Positions 62,866 to 64,000 of a stretch of DNA of 64,000 bases are shown here, in pieces. The notes beneath the pieces are model-generated. The model did not search any database. It was not told the DNA's origin and was given only the letters and a program-made list of their open reading frames with translations. Source of the DNA: Spirochaetia bacterium (GTDB taxonomy: Bacteria > Spirochaetota > Spirochaetia > SZUA-6 > Bin103); assembly GCA_965203515.1 (NCBI GenBank), contig OZ241907.1, positions 3,040,001-3,104,000 of the forward strand, written 5' to 3'. The stretch's first letter is position 1; every line of letters starts with the position of its first letter. Made by a program: the position numbers and the translations under genes.

Positions 62866-63999
62866 TCAGTTGGTATACGGATCGGCCGCATCGCGCATCC
62901 CGTCGCCCAGGAAGTTGAATGCCAGGATCGCCACCGCGATGAAGATCGCCGGCGTGAACACCCAGGGATAGATCGCGATCGATTGGATGTTCTGCGCCTC
63001 CTGTAGCAACACGCCCCAACTGGTGAGCGGCGGCTGCAGGCCCAGGCCCAGGAAGCTCAAGGCGGTTTCGCCCAGGATCATCGCCGGCATCGCCAGCGTC
63101 GAGACGACGATGATGTGACCGAGCGTCGCCGGTATGAGGTGCTTGAAGATCACGCGCCGGTCGCCCGCGCCGGCCATCTTGGCGGCGAGGACGAAATCCT
63201 CCTGCCGTAGCGACAACACCTTGCCCCGCAGTTGCCGCGCCAGCCACGTCCAGCCGATCAACGACAGGATCAGCGTGACCGCGAAGTAGATGCGCAGTTG
63301 CGGCCAATGCGGCGGCAGCGCCGCGGACAGCGCCATCCACAGCGGGATCGACGGAAACGACCGCATCAACTCGATCACGCGCTGGATCAGGTTGTCGATC
63401 ACGCCGCCGTAGTAGCCCGACGCCACCCCCAGCACCGACCCCAGGAACAGACTGAGCGCGACGCCGACCAGACCGATCGCCAGCGAGATCTGGCTCCCCT
63501 TGATGATGCGCGTCAACATGTCCCGGCCCTGCCGGTCGGTGCCGAGCAGGCACACGACCCCCTCGTCTACCTGAAAGAGATGGATGTCGCTCTCGAACAA
63601 CCCGAACAGCTTGTACGGCTCGCCGGCGGCGAAGAACCGCAGCGGGATGATCCGCTCGCGGTCCGGCTCATATATCTTGCGCAACGTGTTCCGGTCGATG
63701 CTGCGCTCGACCGCGTAGACGAACGGCTGGAAGCGGCCGTCGTGAAAGAAGTGGATGCGCTGCGGCGGCATGTAGATGTGGTTTCGGTGGCGCGTGTCCA
63801 GCGCGTACGGGGCGACGAAGTCGCCGGTCAGAGCGACCAGGTAGAAGCAGAGGATGACGATGCCGCCGACGATCGCCGCCCGGTTGCGGACGAACTTGCG
63901 CCACATCAACCGCCACTGCGAGGCCGCGTACCGCGCCCCGGCGGCCCGCGGCCCATCCGCGGCCGCCGCTTCGTCCGGCTCGGCGCGGCTGTCCAGCCG
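62866..63999 (-). CDS. Oligopeptide/dipeptide ABC permease (OppC-like), 5' end outside window
   Basis: LGTDRQGRD, ETALSFLGLG, GDGMRDAADPY; frame open to the window edge. Confidence 0.9.
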   Translation of the reverse strand, partial: RLDSRAEPDEAAAADGPRAAGARYAASQWRLMWRKFVRNRAAIVGGIVILCFYLVALTGDFVAPYALDTRHRNHIYMPPQRIHFFHDGRFQPFVYAVERSIDRNTLRKIYEPDRERIIPLRFFAAGEPYKLFGLFESDIHLFQVDEGVVCLLGTDRQGRDMLTRIIKGSQISLAIGLVGVALSLFLGSVLGVASGYYGGVIDNLIQRVIELMRSFPSIPLWMALSAALPPHWPQLRIYFAVTLILSLIGWTWLARQLRGKVLSLRQEDFVLAAKMAGAGDRRVIFKHLIPATLGHIIVVSTLAMPAMILGETALSFLGLGLQPPLTSWGVLLQEAQNIQSIAIYPWVFTPAIFIAVAILAFNFLGDGMRDAADPYTN

Positions 64000-64000
64000 A

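Overview
A 64-kb window from a very GC-rich bacterium, probably a Spirochaetota member. This is inference from the tig-clpP-clpX/DUF151/carD block, a stand-alone DbpA RNA-binding domain, tRNA-Arg(TCG) and a long GlyA. Most of the window is housekeeping: an Rrf2-sufBCDSU-nfu Fe-S operon, 7 tRNA genes, ilvE, ilvC, glyA, alr, msrB, trmB, rsmG, uppP, ftsK and several ABC systems. Accessory content is in two places. (1) Positions 1-3360 hold two tandem AAA-ATPase-like/PD-(D/E)XK paralogs that are nearly identical over about 1050 bp but divergent in the N-terminal ATPase segment. (2) A defence-type island at about 44.4-53.1 kb carries an ABC-type ATPase with a truncated partner, radC, a type III-like methyltransferase with a low-GC specificity segment, a Res stub fused to an HNH fragment, several chimeric gene fragments, a candidate dif-like Xer site, a DUF4143 ATPase and a third AAA/PD-(D/E)XK gene. 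Other oddities are an oppA frameshifted at a G18 tract, an amidohydrolase-like protein lacking metal ligands, frequent short tandem duplications and several apparently leaderless promoters. No CRISPR array, integrase, transposase or reverse transcriptase was seen. All family assignments come from motif recognition, not database searches.
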